64,000 bases of DNA from Escherichia phage finno. The notes below the pieces were generated by a model, which saw only the letters and a program-made list of their open reading frames with translations, was not told where the DNA came from and did no database searches. Positions within the stretch are counted from its first letter, which is position 1, and every line of letters begins with the position of its first letter. The translations under genes were made by a program, and so were the position numbers. Of this stretch, positions 1 through 6,971 are shown one piece after another. Location: sequence record MN850619.1; one strand, 5' to 3'.

Positions 1-1377
1 AGCAGAAAACCCCGCAAATCGGGTAACTTTATCTTTATTTGTTGGTTTAGCTCTTGCACGATAGCCTTTCTCGGCAAGTTTCCTGATGAGGGATGTTGCG
101 TAGGATTTACCAGCAGCGCCTGGGTCTTGAGGGATAAAAATACCAGTTCGCTTACCGTCACTTTCAGCAGTCAAATTAATTTGTGTTTCGACTCCAGAGG
201 GTCTATCTCTAAATCTTACTACATCAATGATATAATAGCAACCGTCTTTTTTAGATTTACCCATCTTAACACCTGCTGTCCAGTCTGGATTAGGGTTAAT
301 TTCAGATGGTAAAGTTGCTGCTAAGTCCCATGCTCTAACATCAAATACATCCTCTGGGAGTGAATCAACAATTTCACACCATTGTCTTTGCCAGTAGTTT
401 GAACCTTCTGCACGAGCCTTCCAGTTACCGAAACGAAGTCTTGCAACGTTTACAGGGGTGTTGTTTTCCAACTTACCACGGTACTTAGGTTCTAAGAAGT
501 CAAGAATTGGGTTATCATCAATCGTACCAGAGATGAAGGTATATGTTTGAGGAATCTCAAGAGGGAACATTTCAAGAATCTTGTCTCTCTCCCAATCAGA
601 AACCATCACACCATCATTCATTACATACCAACGAATACGACCACACTTTTCAGGGTCTGGATAACCTTCTTCATCTAAGAATGGTTCTACCCAATCATAA
701 ATAAAGTGGTCTCTGTCTGGGTTCATGGAAATCTTCATGTATGAATCGCCTTCAGCACCAGAACGTAAACGGGTTTGTAGGTATGAAATCTGTGAAGCAG
801 AGAAGTGTGTACCTTCGTCAAAGTAAATAGCTGAGTATTCAATACCCTGATGACCTTCAGCGTGCTTTTCAAGTTCTAGATAGGTAAACTTGATAGTCGC
901 CCCAGAAGGGAATGTGATAGTCATTTTCTGCTCGTGAGGAATCCCACCAAACTTACCAAATAGTTTCTTTGCAGCAGGCCATAAACCACCTTGTAACTGT
1001 GTTGTGTTTCGACGGAAATACACAGCATTATAGTTAGGGTCTTCAATAAATCTTAAAGAGTCCATTAACAATGCAGCAGTCTTACCAGCACCAGCAGCAC
1101 CACCATAGAGAACCAAGTCAGCATTAGTGTTTAAAAAGACCTCTTGAGAACCCGGCTGAGGGGCTACATAGTTCTTATCAGTCATCAACTTAAAGATGAG
1201 GCGAACTTGGTCTGGTGTGTATCTTAATAAAGTCAGAATTTGAGTTGGAAGGAATTTAGAGGGGTCTTTACCGAATGATTTGATAATTTCTTTTACTTCA
1301 TCAGAAAGCCCCAACTCTCCAGCTAGGACTTTCCTAACATCTTCCACTCGCTTCTGCTTAACAGCATTTAAGTCCAT
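1..1377 (-). CDS. terL: Terminase large subunit (C-terminus runs off window start)
   Basis: Minus-strand ORF with ATG at 1375-1377 and GGAGG RBS upstream; translation MDLNAVKQKR...LVLYGGAAGAGKTAALL has a Walker A P-loop and typical terminase ATPase/nuclease layout; open to position 1. Confidence 0.8.
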   Translation of the reverse strand, partial: MDLNAVKQKRVEDVRKVLAGELGLSDEVKEIIKSFGKDPSKFLPTQILTLLRYTPDQVRLIFKLMTDKNYVAPQPGSQEVFLNTNADLVLYGGAAGAGKTAALLMDSLRFIEDPNYNAVYFRRNTTQLQGGLWPAAKKLFGKFGGIPHEQKMTITFPSGATIKFTYLELEKHAEGHQGIEYSAIYFDEGTHFSASQISYLQTRLRSGAEGDSYMKISMNPDRDHFIYDWVEPFLDEEGYPDPEKCGRIRWYVMNDGVMVSDWERDKILEMFPLEIPQTYTFISGTIDDNPILDFLEPKYRGKLENNTPVNVARLRFGNWKARAEGSNYWQRQWCEIVDSLPEDVFDVRAWDLAATLPSEINPNPDWTAGVKMGKSKKDGCYYIIDVVRFRDRPSGVETQINLTAESDGKRTGIFIPQDPGAAGKSYATSLIRKLAEKGYRARAKPTNKDKVTRFAGFSA

Positions 1378-1398
1378 TAAGCGCCTCCGCAAATAGAA

Positions 1399-1599
1399 TT
1401 ATTCAGAGTCTGTAGCAGTCTCTTCTTTCTTAACTTCGAACTTTGCATCAACAGCATCCAGAAGTGCATCCATAGATGCTTCTTTAATATCAATACCTGT
1501 TGCTACAGATAATCTATCTGCAATTGCCATGATAGTGTTCTGCATAAATTCTAGCTTTTTATTAGCTTCATAAAGTTCTTTATAAACGGTCTCGCTCAT
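1399..1599 (-). CDS. Hypothetical small protein immediately upstream of terminase
   Basis: 66 aa ORF, same strand, ends 22 nt before terL start; acidic C-terminus; no recognisable motif. Confidence 0.4.
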   Translation of the reverse strand: MSETVYKELYEANKKLEFMQNTIMAIADRLSVATGIDIKEASMDALLDAVDAKFEVKKEETATDSE

Positions 1600-1821
1600 T
1601 ATGTTTTCTCCAAATAATTAACCATGTTTCCCCTTAAAAAAGACGGCACAGAGACCGTCAAGGAGAAACCACAATGTACGTCAGAGACATACTGTATAAG
1701 TCTTCCTATAAAGTATAACTCTGTAAAAAAGCCCTGTCTAAAAATACTCTTCGGTAGCGAAAGGAAGAATACTTATAGCAGGGCATTATTATTATTTTAA
1801 TTGAGAGAGAGTAAAATAACT

Positions 1822-1897
1822 TGGAGAATCCGAAGGGACTTGAACCCTTATAAACCTGTTTTGCAGACAGGCACATATCCATTTCTGTCACGGATTC
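1822..1897 (-). tRNA. tRNA-Cys (anticodon GCA), CCA encoded
   Basis: Reverse-complement T-arm AAGGG-ACTTGAA-CCCTT, acceptor GAATCCG/CGGATTC, anticodon stem CCTGT/ACAGG with loop giving GCA. Confidence 0.8.
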
Positions 1898-1901
1898 AAA
1901 T

Positions 1902-1994
1902 TGGAGGAAGATACCAGACTTGAACTGGTACACCGATTTCTCAGCTACTGGCAGTTTAGCAAACTGCTCCCTTACCTTTTAGGGTTAATCTTCC
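1902..1994 (-). tRNA. tRNA-Ser (anticodon GCU), class II with long variable arm
   Basis: T-arm ACCAG-ACTTGAA-CTGGT, acceptor GGAAGAT/ATCTTCC, anticodon stem GCAGT/ACTGC, 21-nt variable region, 93 nt with CCA. Confidence 0.8.
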
Positions 1995-1995
1995 A

Positions 1996-2730
1996 TTATT
2001 TCTGCAATGCGTTCTTCATTTCTGGTGTTGCAATAGTGTCGATTACACCAGTTTTACAAGCATCATCAAACCAGTCTGGTAAGATACCTGCTAAGAACCC
2101 ATTGATATTCGTTTTAAGGTACTCTGCAATAAGGGCGGCTTCTTCTTCAATCATCTGCACAACTTCATCTGCATAAGCTGTAATCTTTGAGATACCTTCA
2201 TTAATCTTACTAACAGCCTGATTAGCTAAATCAGAAACAGTATCAAGACCCTTATCAATAGCGTCTTGTAAGTCACTTAACACACCGTTAACACTGTCTA
2301 GTGTGCTGTTAATCATGTCAATAGCTTTTTGACCATACTCTGTAGCAACACCCATAATACCACTGAATGGTGTACAACCAACTTGTTCTCCTGCTGCACC
2401 CATAACATTGGAGTATCCCTTTGCTACCTGCATACGTGATGAAAACTCATCAATAGACTTTTGACCATAGTCTGTTAGGGTCTTAGTAGTTGCTGTAGTG
2501 CTTGTCAGGCTTGTTGTAAAGCTGTTTAGAAGGACTGTTGTAAGTCCAGCAGCAACAAGCTTCTCCTTCATTGTAGGGTCTGTTACAGAGCTAATAGAGC
2601 TTACAAGTGATGTAGAGGCAGCTACGGTTCCACCGAGAACTGCTGCACCAGTAATAAGTGGGTTAGAAAACCCTTTACCGGTTTTTAAGAGATTAAAAAT
2701 CTCCTTACCTTGTTCTGTCATCTCTTTCAT
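1996..2730 (-). CDS. Hypothetical Ala/Thr/Ser/Gly-rich protein inside the tRNA cluster
   Basis: ORF track 1996..2793; start trimmed to internal Met (MKEMTEQ...) because the annotated N-terminus overlaps tRNA-Phe; low-complexity T/S/A-rich core. Confidence 0.5.
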   Translation of the reverse strand: MKEMTEQGKEIFNLLKTGKGFSNPLITGAAVLGGTVAASTSLVSSISSVTDPTMKEKLVAAGLTTVLLNSFTTSLTSTTATTKTLTDYGQKSIDEFSSRMQVAKGYSNVMGAAGEQVGCTPFSGIMGVATEYGQKAIDMINSTLDSVNGVLSDLQDAIDKGLDTVSDLANQAVSKINEGISKITAYADEVVQMIEEEAALIAEYLKTNINGFLAGILPDWFDDACKTGVIDTIATPEMKNALQK

Positions 2731-2748
2731 TAAGCACCTTTGAAATTG

Positions 2749-2823
2749 GTAGTCCAGTGGGATTTGAACCCTCTTCTCATGTTTTTCAGACACGCGCTTT
2801 AACCATATAAGCTACTTGGACTA
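2749..2823 (-). tRNA. tRNA-Phe (anticodon GAA), tentative
   Basis: T-loop ATTTGAA, acceptor TAGTCCA/TGGACTA, anticodon loop gives CUGAAAA. Confidence 0.65.
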
Positions 2824-2828
2824 TAAAT

Positions 2829-2905
2829 TGGGGTGACCTACGGGATTTGAACCCGTATAGACCATGTTCACAGCATGGGTCATTACCATTTATGATAAGG
2901 CCACA
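2829..2905 (-). tRNA. tRNA-His (anticodon GUG) with extra 5' G(-1)
   Basis: T-arm ACGGG-ATTTGAA-CCCGT, anticodon stem CCATG/CATGG, loop gives GUG; extra 5' nucleotide consistent with His G-1. Confidence 0.8.
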
Positions 2906-2935
2906 TTTAAGGACTCTCGTAAGAACCCTTAGAAG

Positions 2936-3011
2936 TGGCAGCGGCATAAGGATTTGAACCTTAATAGGACAGCTTCAGAGACTGCTGCATTGCCAGTTAT
3001 GCTATACCGCT
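2936..3011 (-). tRNA. tRNA-Gln (anticodon CUG), tentative
   Basis: T-arm TAAGG-ATTTGAA-CCTTA, D-stem 4/4 pairs, U8/A14/G18G19/A21 present, anticodon loop CUCUGAA. Confidence 0.7.
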
Positions 3012-3016
3012 AAAAT

Positions 3017-3095
3017 TGGTGCTCCATATCGGATTCGAACCGATACATAACACAGATTTTAAGTCTGGCCTCTCTGCCAATTGGAGTAATGGAGC
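3017..3095 (-). tRNA. tRNA, anticodon region reads UAA (Leu-type) but class I length; assignment tentative
   Basis: T-arm ATCGG-ATTCGAA-CCGAT, perfect acceptor GCTCCAT/ATGGAGC, CCA encoded; anticodon loop CUUAAAA; short variable loop. Confidence 0.6.
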
Positions 3096-3097
3096 AT

Positions 3098-3173
3098 TGG
3101 CGGGGGATGTTGGAATTGAACCAACTTCTTCGATTTCAAAGACCGAGGTTTTAACCTTGTAAACTAATCCCCT
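3098..3173 (-). tRNA. tRNA-Gln (anticodon UUG)
   Basis: T-arm GTTGG-AATTGAA-CCAAC, D-stem 4/4, anticodon stem 5/5, loop CUUUGAA. Confidence 0.75.
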
Positions 3174-3181
3174 TTAAATCT

Positions 3182-3739
3182 TTACTTTCTCAGTGGATGA
3201 ATAAAGAATGCCAACATAACTCTTTCCCTTGAGAATGCTCTTTCTTCTGGGACAACACTTTTAAGTTTCCATCCAACATAAATTCTCCAGTAAAACTGTT
3301 TACCAAAGACTTTAATTGATGGGATAAAAGCGAATAATCCCCAAGCATTACTGTTCCACATTAGGAGATAACCAGTCTGATTATCTTCAGGGTTAGAACT
3401 TACGTTGATATTACCTTTCCACTTAGTAACATCTTTTACATCTCTTCCTAATACATGGTAAGAGAAGTTATAAGCTTTGTTTCTCCAGAGCCATCCAACT
3501 CTCTGCATGTAGACACCCAGCTTACCAATCTTTCTAATCTTAGCCCATCTTTTAACGTGGCCTTCATCACCATCAATCTGGTTGTCATAGGTCTCCATCC
3601 ATCTGAATCCAAAAGGTAAGTGTCCTTTCTTTTCACTGTAGAATGGAACTACGAAAGGTGCTAAGATGACTGCTAGGGTTGCTGCAAATGGTTCTAGTAA
3701 AGCTAGGAAAATCCATGAAGCATACTTCAAATATCTCAT
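3182..3739 (-). CDS. Hypothetical membrane protein embedded in tRNA cluster
   Basis: 185 aa ORF with hydrophobic N-terminus (WIFLALLEPFAATLAVILAPFVVPF), flanked by tRNAs without overlap. Confidence 0.5.
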   Translation of the reverse strand: MRYLKYASWIFLALLEPFAATLAVILAPFVVPFYSEKKGHLPFGFRWMETYDNQIDGDEGHVKRWAKIRKIGKLGVYMQRVGWLWRNKAYNFSYHVLGRDVKDVTKWKGNINVSSNPEDNQTGYLLMWNSNAWGLFAFIPSIKVFGKQFYWRIYVGWKLKSVVPEERAFSRERVMLAFFIHPLRK

Positions 3740-3758
3740 CTAAATAGCCTCTTAAAAT

Positions 3759-3836
3759 TGGTGTTCCAAGACGGATTCGAACCGTCACTAATACAAGGTT
3801 TGAGCTTGCATCCTCTGCCAATTGGGATACTGGAAC
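3759..3836 (-). tRNA. tRNA, anticodon region reads CAA (Leu-type) but class I length; tentative
   Basis: T-arm GACGG-ATTCGAA-CCGTC, acceptor GTTCCAA/CTGGAAC, anticodon loop CUCAAAC, 6-nt variable loop. Confidence 0.6.
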
Positions 3837-3837
3837 A

Positions 3838-3912
3838 TGGTACTCACTAAAGGACTTGAACCTTTTTCTTCATCTTGTAAGGGTGATGTTTTACCATATA
3901 AACTAAGCGAGT
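3838..3912 (-). tRNA. tRNA-Val (anticodon UAC), tentative
   Basis: T-arm AAAGG-ACTTGAA-CCTTT, acceptor pairs 7/7 with one G-U, anticodon loop CUUACAA. Confidence 0.65.
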
Positions 3913-4007
3913 GTGAAAGAGGTCTGAAGTTGTGCCGCTAACTCAACTCCGTGGAATTTGTTACGGTCTTCAGTTGACACCAGCGGTCTTTCACTTGACC
4001 TCTGAAT

Positions 4008-4084
4008 TGGTGCTGCTCACAGGACTCGAACCTGCATTTCCATCCTTACAAGGGATGTGTAATAGCCAATTATACGAAAGCAGC
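4008..4084 (-). tRNA. tRNA-Thr (anticodon UGU)
   Basis: T-arm ACAGG-ACTCGAA-CCTGC, perfect anticodon stem CATCC/GGATG, loop CUUGUAA. Confidence 0.8.
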
Positions 4085-4090
4085 ATTGTT

Positions 4091-4165
4091 TGGAGCATCC
4101 AGAGGGAATCGAACCCTCAACCTCAGTTTGGAAGACTGTAATTTTCCCGTTTAAACTATGGATGC
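4091..4165 (-). tRNA. tRNA-Gly (anticodon UCC)
   Basis: T-arm GAGGG-AATCGAA-CCCTC, perfect acceptor GCATCCA/TGGATGC, loop CUUCCAA. Confidence 0.75.
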
Positions 4166-4171
4166 GCTAAT

Positions 4172-4247
4172 TGGTGGAGTCACTGAGAATTGAACTCAGT
4201 TCCCAAGTTTGCAAAACTCGAATTTTAACCATATAAACTATGACCCC
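4172..4247 (-). tRNA. tRNA-Ala (anticodon UGC)
   Basis: T-arm CTGAG-AATTGAA-CTCAG, anticodon stem CAAGT/ACTCG, loop UUUGCAA. Confidence 0.8.
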
Positions 4248-4253
4248 AATGTC

Positions 4254-4329
4254 TGGTACAGGTGGAGGGAATTGAACCCGTCGTCTTACTGATTAAGAGT
4301 CAGCCGCATAACCATTTTGCTACACCTGC
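4254..4329 (-). tRNA. tRNA-Lys (anticodon CUU), tentative
   Basis: T-loop AATTGAA, acceptor ACAGGTG/CACCTGC, anticodon loop CUCUUAA; close paralog of the tRNA at 5569-5644. Confidence 0.65.
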
Positions 4330-4336
4330 ATTAATT

Positions 4337-4414
4337 TGGTAGGAGACAAGGGATTCGAACCCTCAAACATCTCGTTCTAAGCGAGATAGGTTTACCAATT
4401 ACCGTCAACCTCCC
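4337..4414 (-). tRNA. tRNA, anticodon region reads UAG (Leu-type) but class I length; tentative
   Basis: T-arm AAGGG-ATTCGAA-CCCTC, perfect anticodon stem TCTCG/CGAGA with loop CUUAGAA, acceptor pairs with three G-U. Confidence 0.6.
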
Positions 4415-4668
4415 ATTAAGTCTTTTTAGAGAACTTCTAAGAACCTAAGCAACAAGGTTCCACAACAAGCTGTAATAACCTTAGAAGCCCTCTAAAAAGA
4501 CCTAAAAAGGTCTTTGCATAGTCTTGTTTAATCCGGTGACTAGAACCTTTGGAGAGCTTGATATTATCTCTTCTCCGTGACACCTACTAGGTGCTTTATC
4601 AGTGTGTACGACAATACACGAGGGATACCAAAGCAACATCCGAATGAAGCTTGGCTTTAAATCTTATT

Positions 4669-4759
4669 AGGCGGTAAGTAAAGGAGTCGAACCCTCACCG
4701 TATCTCTACAGTGGCAACAGTTTTCAAGACTGTTTGGCTGCCATTAGCCGCTACCTACC
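4669..4759 (-). tRNA. tRNA-Ser (anticodon UGA), class II
   Basis: T-loop AGTCGAA, perfect anticodon stem ACAGT/ACTGT, loop CUUGAAA, about 20-nt variable arm; CCA apparently not encoded. Confidence 0.75.
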
Positions 4760-4772
4760 CCTAATAAGACTT

Positions 4773-4855
4773 TGGCATGGGACGGAGGAGTTGAACCCCT
4801 TTGAAACGGTTTTGGAGGCCGTTGCTCATGCCTTAGAGTCTTAACATCGTCCCAC
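4773..4855 (-). tRNA. tRNA (83 nt with CCA; anticodon not resolved)
   Basis: T-arm GGAGG-AGTTGAA-CCCCT and complementary acceptor ATGGGAC/GTCCCAC; the internal fold could not be resolved by eye. Confidence 0.5.
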
Positions 4856-4997
4856 ACTATAATTCGAAGCTCACCGTATTATCTCAACACTGTAAAGCCC
4901 CTTCTCAGATTATTTACATGTTCTGGAAAACATGAGATACAGACCACCTCCCTACAGGAAGACCCGCTTAGGTCGTCTAAGTAATCTGCTAACTAAT

Positions 4998-5074
4998 TGG
5001 CACACCCTACAGGATTCGAACCTGTAACTAACGATTTAGAAGACCGTTGCTCTATCCAATTGAACTAAGGGTGC
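4998..5074 (-). tRNA. tRNA-Arg (anticodon UCU)
   Basis: T-arm ACAGG-ATTCGAA-CCTGT, anticodon stem ACGAT/ACCGT, loop CUUCUAA. Confidence 0.8.
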
Positions 5075-5410
5075 ATTAATCTTTAAAAACTCTCTTAGAA
5101 AGCCCTTAAAGATGCCCACCTTATTAATCATACCGTGGGCGAGTACGCCAAATTCTTTGATGAGGGATTGGAAGACCTCACTGGTGTTTAGCCTATCAAG
5201 CTACTGCCAGAAAAACATTGTCGTTTGCATTTATTTTAAATTTGCAAAATAGACGCTACGCAACGAAAACTATTCAGAATATGTACAACAAATTTCCCCA
5301 CATTGTGTTACGTCTAACGCTCATGTATTGGTGTTTGAATTATACATATTATGAAGTATTTTAGTTACTATAAAGTAGTCACATCTCAATGTCAACAACT
5401 TTATTGAAAT

Positions 5411-5486
5411 TGGTACTGGTAGGTGGAATCGAACCACCGATGTTCCCTTATCAGGGGAGTGTTATAACCTTCTTAACTATACCAGC
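5411..5486 (-). tRNA. tRNA-Ile (anticodon GAU), tentative
   Basis: T-arm GGTGG-AATCGAA-CCACC, acceptor ACTGGTA/TACCAGC, loop CUGAUAA. Confidence 0.7.
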
Positions 5487-5487
5487 T

Positions 5488-5564
5488 TGGAGGTTCAGAT
5501 GGGAATCGAACCCACATTCATAGGGCTTATGAGACCCTTGCATTACCTTATCTGCGACTGAACC
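5488..5564 (-). tRNA. tRNA with CAU anticodon (Met, initiator or lysidine-Ile not distinguished)
   Basis: T-arm ATGGG-AATCGAA-CCCAC, perfect acceptor GGTTCAG/CTGAACC, loop CUCAUAA. Confidence 0.7.
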
Positions 5565-5568
5565 ATTT

Positions 5569-5644
5569 TGGTAGAAGTGGAGGGATTCGAACCCATCGCC
5601 TGTCAGATTAAAAGTCTGCCGCATCACCATTCTGCTACACTTCC
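5569..5644 (-). tRNA. tRNA-Lys (anticodon UUU), tentative
   Basis: Paralog of the tRNA at 4254-4329; loop CUUUUAA; acceptor AGAAGTG/CACTTCC. Confidence 0.7.
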
Positions 5645-5844
5645 ATTAAATTATCTTTGTAGATAAGCTACCCAGACTTGCTTAAGGTCTGTAGCGATGT
5701 GCCTTTTTGGGTTTAAATCTAGAATTTACCCTTTCACCCTTTGTGGTCGCATACTCACAGGTAAGCTTAATAACTTATCTACAAAGATAATTACCAGACC
5801 GTTGTTTATCATCTTAAGTGCTACCATTACACCAACTCGACCTC

Positions 5845-5920
5845 TGCCGAGTGAAGGAATCGAACCTTCCCATTTTCTTTACCGAGAAATAGATTGTTTA
5901 AGTTTTGCTGTAAACGGTCT
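5845..5920 (-). tRNA. tRNA-like element (canonical T-arm only); possibly degenerate
   Basis: T-arm GAAGG-AATCGAA-CCTTC is present but no complementary 5' acceptor or clean anticodon arm was found. Confidence 0.3.
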
Positions 5921-6075
5921 TCTGTAAATTTGTTGAGCCAGACCAAGTTTTAAATTTTTTCAAAATTGAATTGGCTTGAAAATATCATACGTACTTGCTG
6001 TATTTGGTCTTCTGCTCCTTTAAAGAATACTCGTAAGAACTCTTTAAGGGAGGGGCTAAATAGCCCTCTCAAAAT

Positions 6076-6154
6076 TGGCGGTTACGAAGGGATTTGAACC
6101 CTCATCATCTCCCGTGACAGGGGAGTATTTTAACCAAAATTAAACTACATAACC
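6076..6154 (-). tRNA. tRNA-Asp (anticodon GUC)
   Basis: T-arm AAGGG-ATTTGAA-CCCTC, perfect anticodon stem CTCCC/GGGAG, loop CUGUCAC. Confidence 0.8.
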
Positions 6155-6159
6155 TTTAT

Positions 6160-6247
6160 TGGTGTGCCGTGTAGGAGTCGAACCTACCGAGTCTCAATGA
6201 CAAGGGATTTACAGTCCCCACCGCTACCATCTACGGGATAACGACAC
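6160..6247 (-). tRNA. tRNA-Tyr (anticodon GUA), class II
   Basis: T-arm GTAGG-AGTCGAA-CCTAC, 15-nt variable arm, anticodon stem AGGGA/TCCCC, loop CUGUAAA. Confidence 0.75.
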
Positions 6248-6316
6248 ATTTAATTTCTATTCAGGCTAAGGACTTGCACCTTACAAATCGGTGAGCAATC
6301 GCTTCTCTCCTAAATT

Positions 6317-6393
6317 TGGCGGTTAGTCAGGGATTCGAACCCTGTGCCATTCGCTTAACAGGCGACCGCACATACCTTATGTGCTTCCTAACC
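6317..6393 (-). tRNA. tRNA-Asn (anticodon GUU)
   Basis: T-arm CAGGG-ATTCGAA-CCCTG, loop CUGUUAA. Confidence 0.75.
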
Positions 6394-6476
6394 ATGTTTA
6401 GTATTACCAGACCGTATCTTTCAATTTTTCCGCTAAAAATTTAATAAATATTGCTGTAAACGGTCTTCTGTAAATT

Positions 6477-6553
6477 TGGAGGCGGGTGCAGGAGTCGAAC
6501 CTGCCGATACCATGCTAATGAGACATGTGAGACGCCCTTTCTCTATACCCGCA
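6477..6553 (-). tRNA. Second tRNA with CAU anticodon (Met/fMet/Ile2 not distinguished)
   Basis: T-arm GCAGG-AGTCGAA-CCTGC, anticodon stem CATGC/ACATG, loop CUCAUUA; apparent U1-C72 mismatch. Confidence 0.6.
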
Positions 6554-6644
6554 ATTCTTAATGACCAGACCAAATCTCTTCTTTGTCCGATTTACCTTCA
6601 GATGAATAAGATTAAGTTTGCTGTAATTGGTCTTCTGTCAAAAC

Positions 6645-6722
6645 TGGCGTTCCAGAAGGGATTTGAACCCTCAGATATCCACTTTGAAAGAGTGGTGACT
6701 TTACCATTTTGTCTACTGGAAC
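6645..6722 (-). tRNA. tRNA-Glu (anticodon UUC)
   Basis: T-arm AAGGG-ATTTGAA-CCCTC, perfect acceptor GTTCCAG/CTGGAAC, perfect anticodon stem CCACT/AGTGG, loop CUUUCAA. Confidence 0.8.
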
Positions 6723-6729
6723 ATTAATT

Positions 6730-6806
6730 TGGTCTCTGTTGGAGGACTTGAACCTCCGGCCTTACCGCCCCAAACGGAACGCTCTACCAAGCTGAGCTAA
6801 ACAGAG
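6730..6806 (-). tRNA. tRNA-Pro (anticodon UGG)
   Basis: T-arm GGAGG-ACTTGAA-CCTCC, perfect acceptor and D-stem, loop UUUGGGG with G37. Confidence 0.8.
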
Positions 6807-6971
6807 ATAAACTTTTCAAACTCTATGTAACCACTTTAACATTATTTTTTAGTGATTGTCAAGAACTTTTTTAAAATATTTTTCAGTATCTTAGAAAAGC
6901 TCTCGTTTCGTTTCTATGTAGAACATATTAAAGGGTATCAAACACATTGTCAATACCCTTTTTAAAACTTT

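Noticed and set aside
127-312. Plus-strand ORF 127..312 and other short antisense ORFs inside long genes (7003..7191, 33751..34278, 45610..45792, 52432..52674)
   Set aside because: Fully embedded antisense to well-supported genes (terminase, vWA protein, NAMPT-like, nrdA, primase-helicase).
3448-3821. Minus ORFs 3448..3636 and 3633..3821 overlapping the 3182..3739 membrane-protein ORF
   Set aside because: Alternative frames of the same region; 3633..3821 runs into the tRNA at 3759-3836. The longest ORF with a plausible start was kept.
3913-4007. Possible additional tRNA in the 95-nt gap between tRNA-Val and tRNA-Thr (AGAGGTC...GACCTCT pairing)
   Set aside because: No recognisable T-loop or anticodon arm; better explained as a GGTCTTCAG-family repeat/hairpin. 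Left as an unassigned structured element.
5697-5927. ORFs within the tRNA cluster on the plus strand (5697..5927, 6476..6727, 3932..4141, 1901..2176) and minus ORF 1706..1933
   Set aside because: They overlap tRNA genes or inter-tRNA repeats, lack RBSs and have low-complexity translations.
6263-6310. tRNA-like T-arm TAAGG-ACTTGCA-CCTTA between tRNA-Tyr and tRNA-Asn
   Set aside because: Loop lacks the conserved GAA (TPsiC) signature and no complementary acceptor stem is present.
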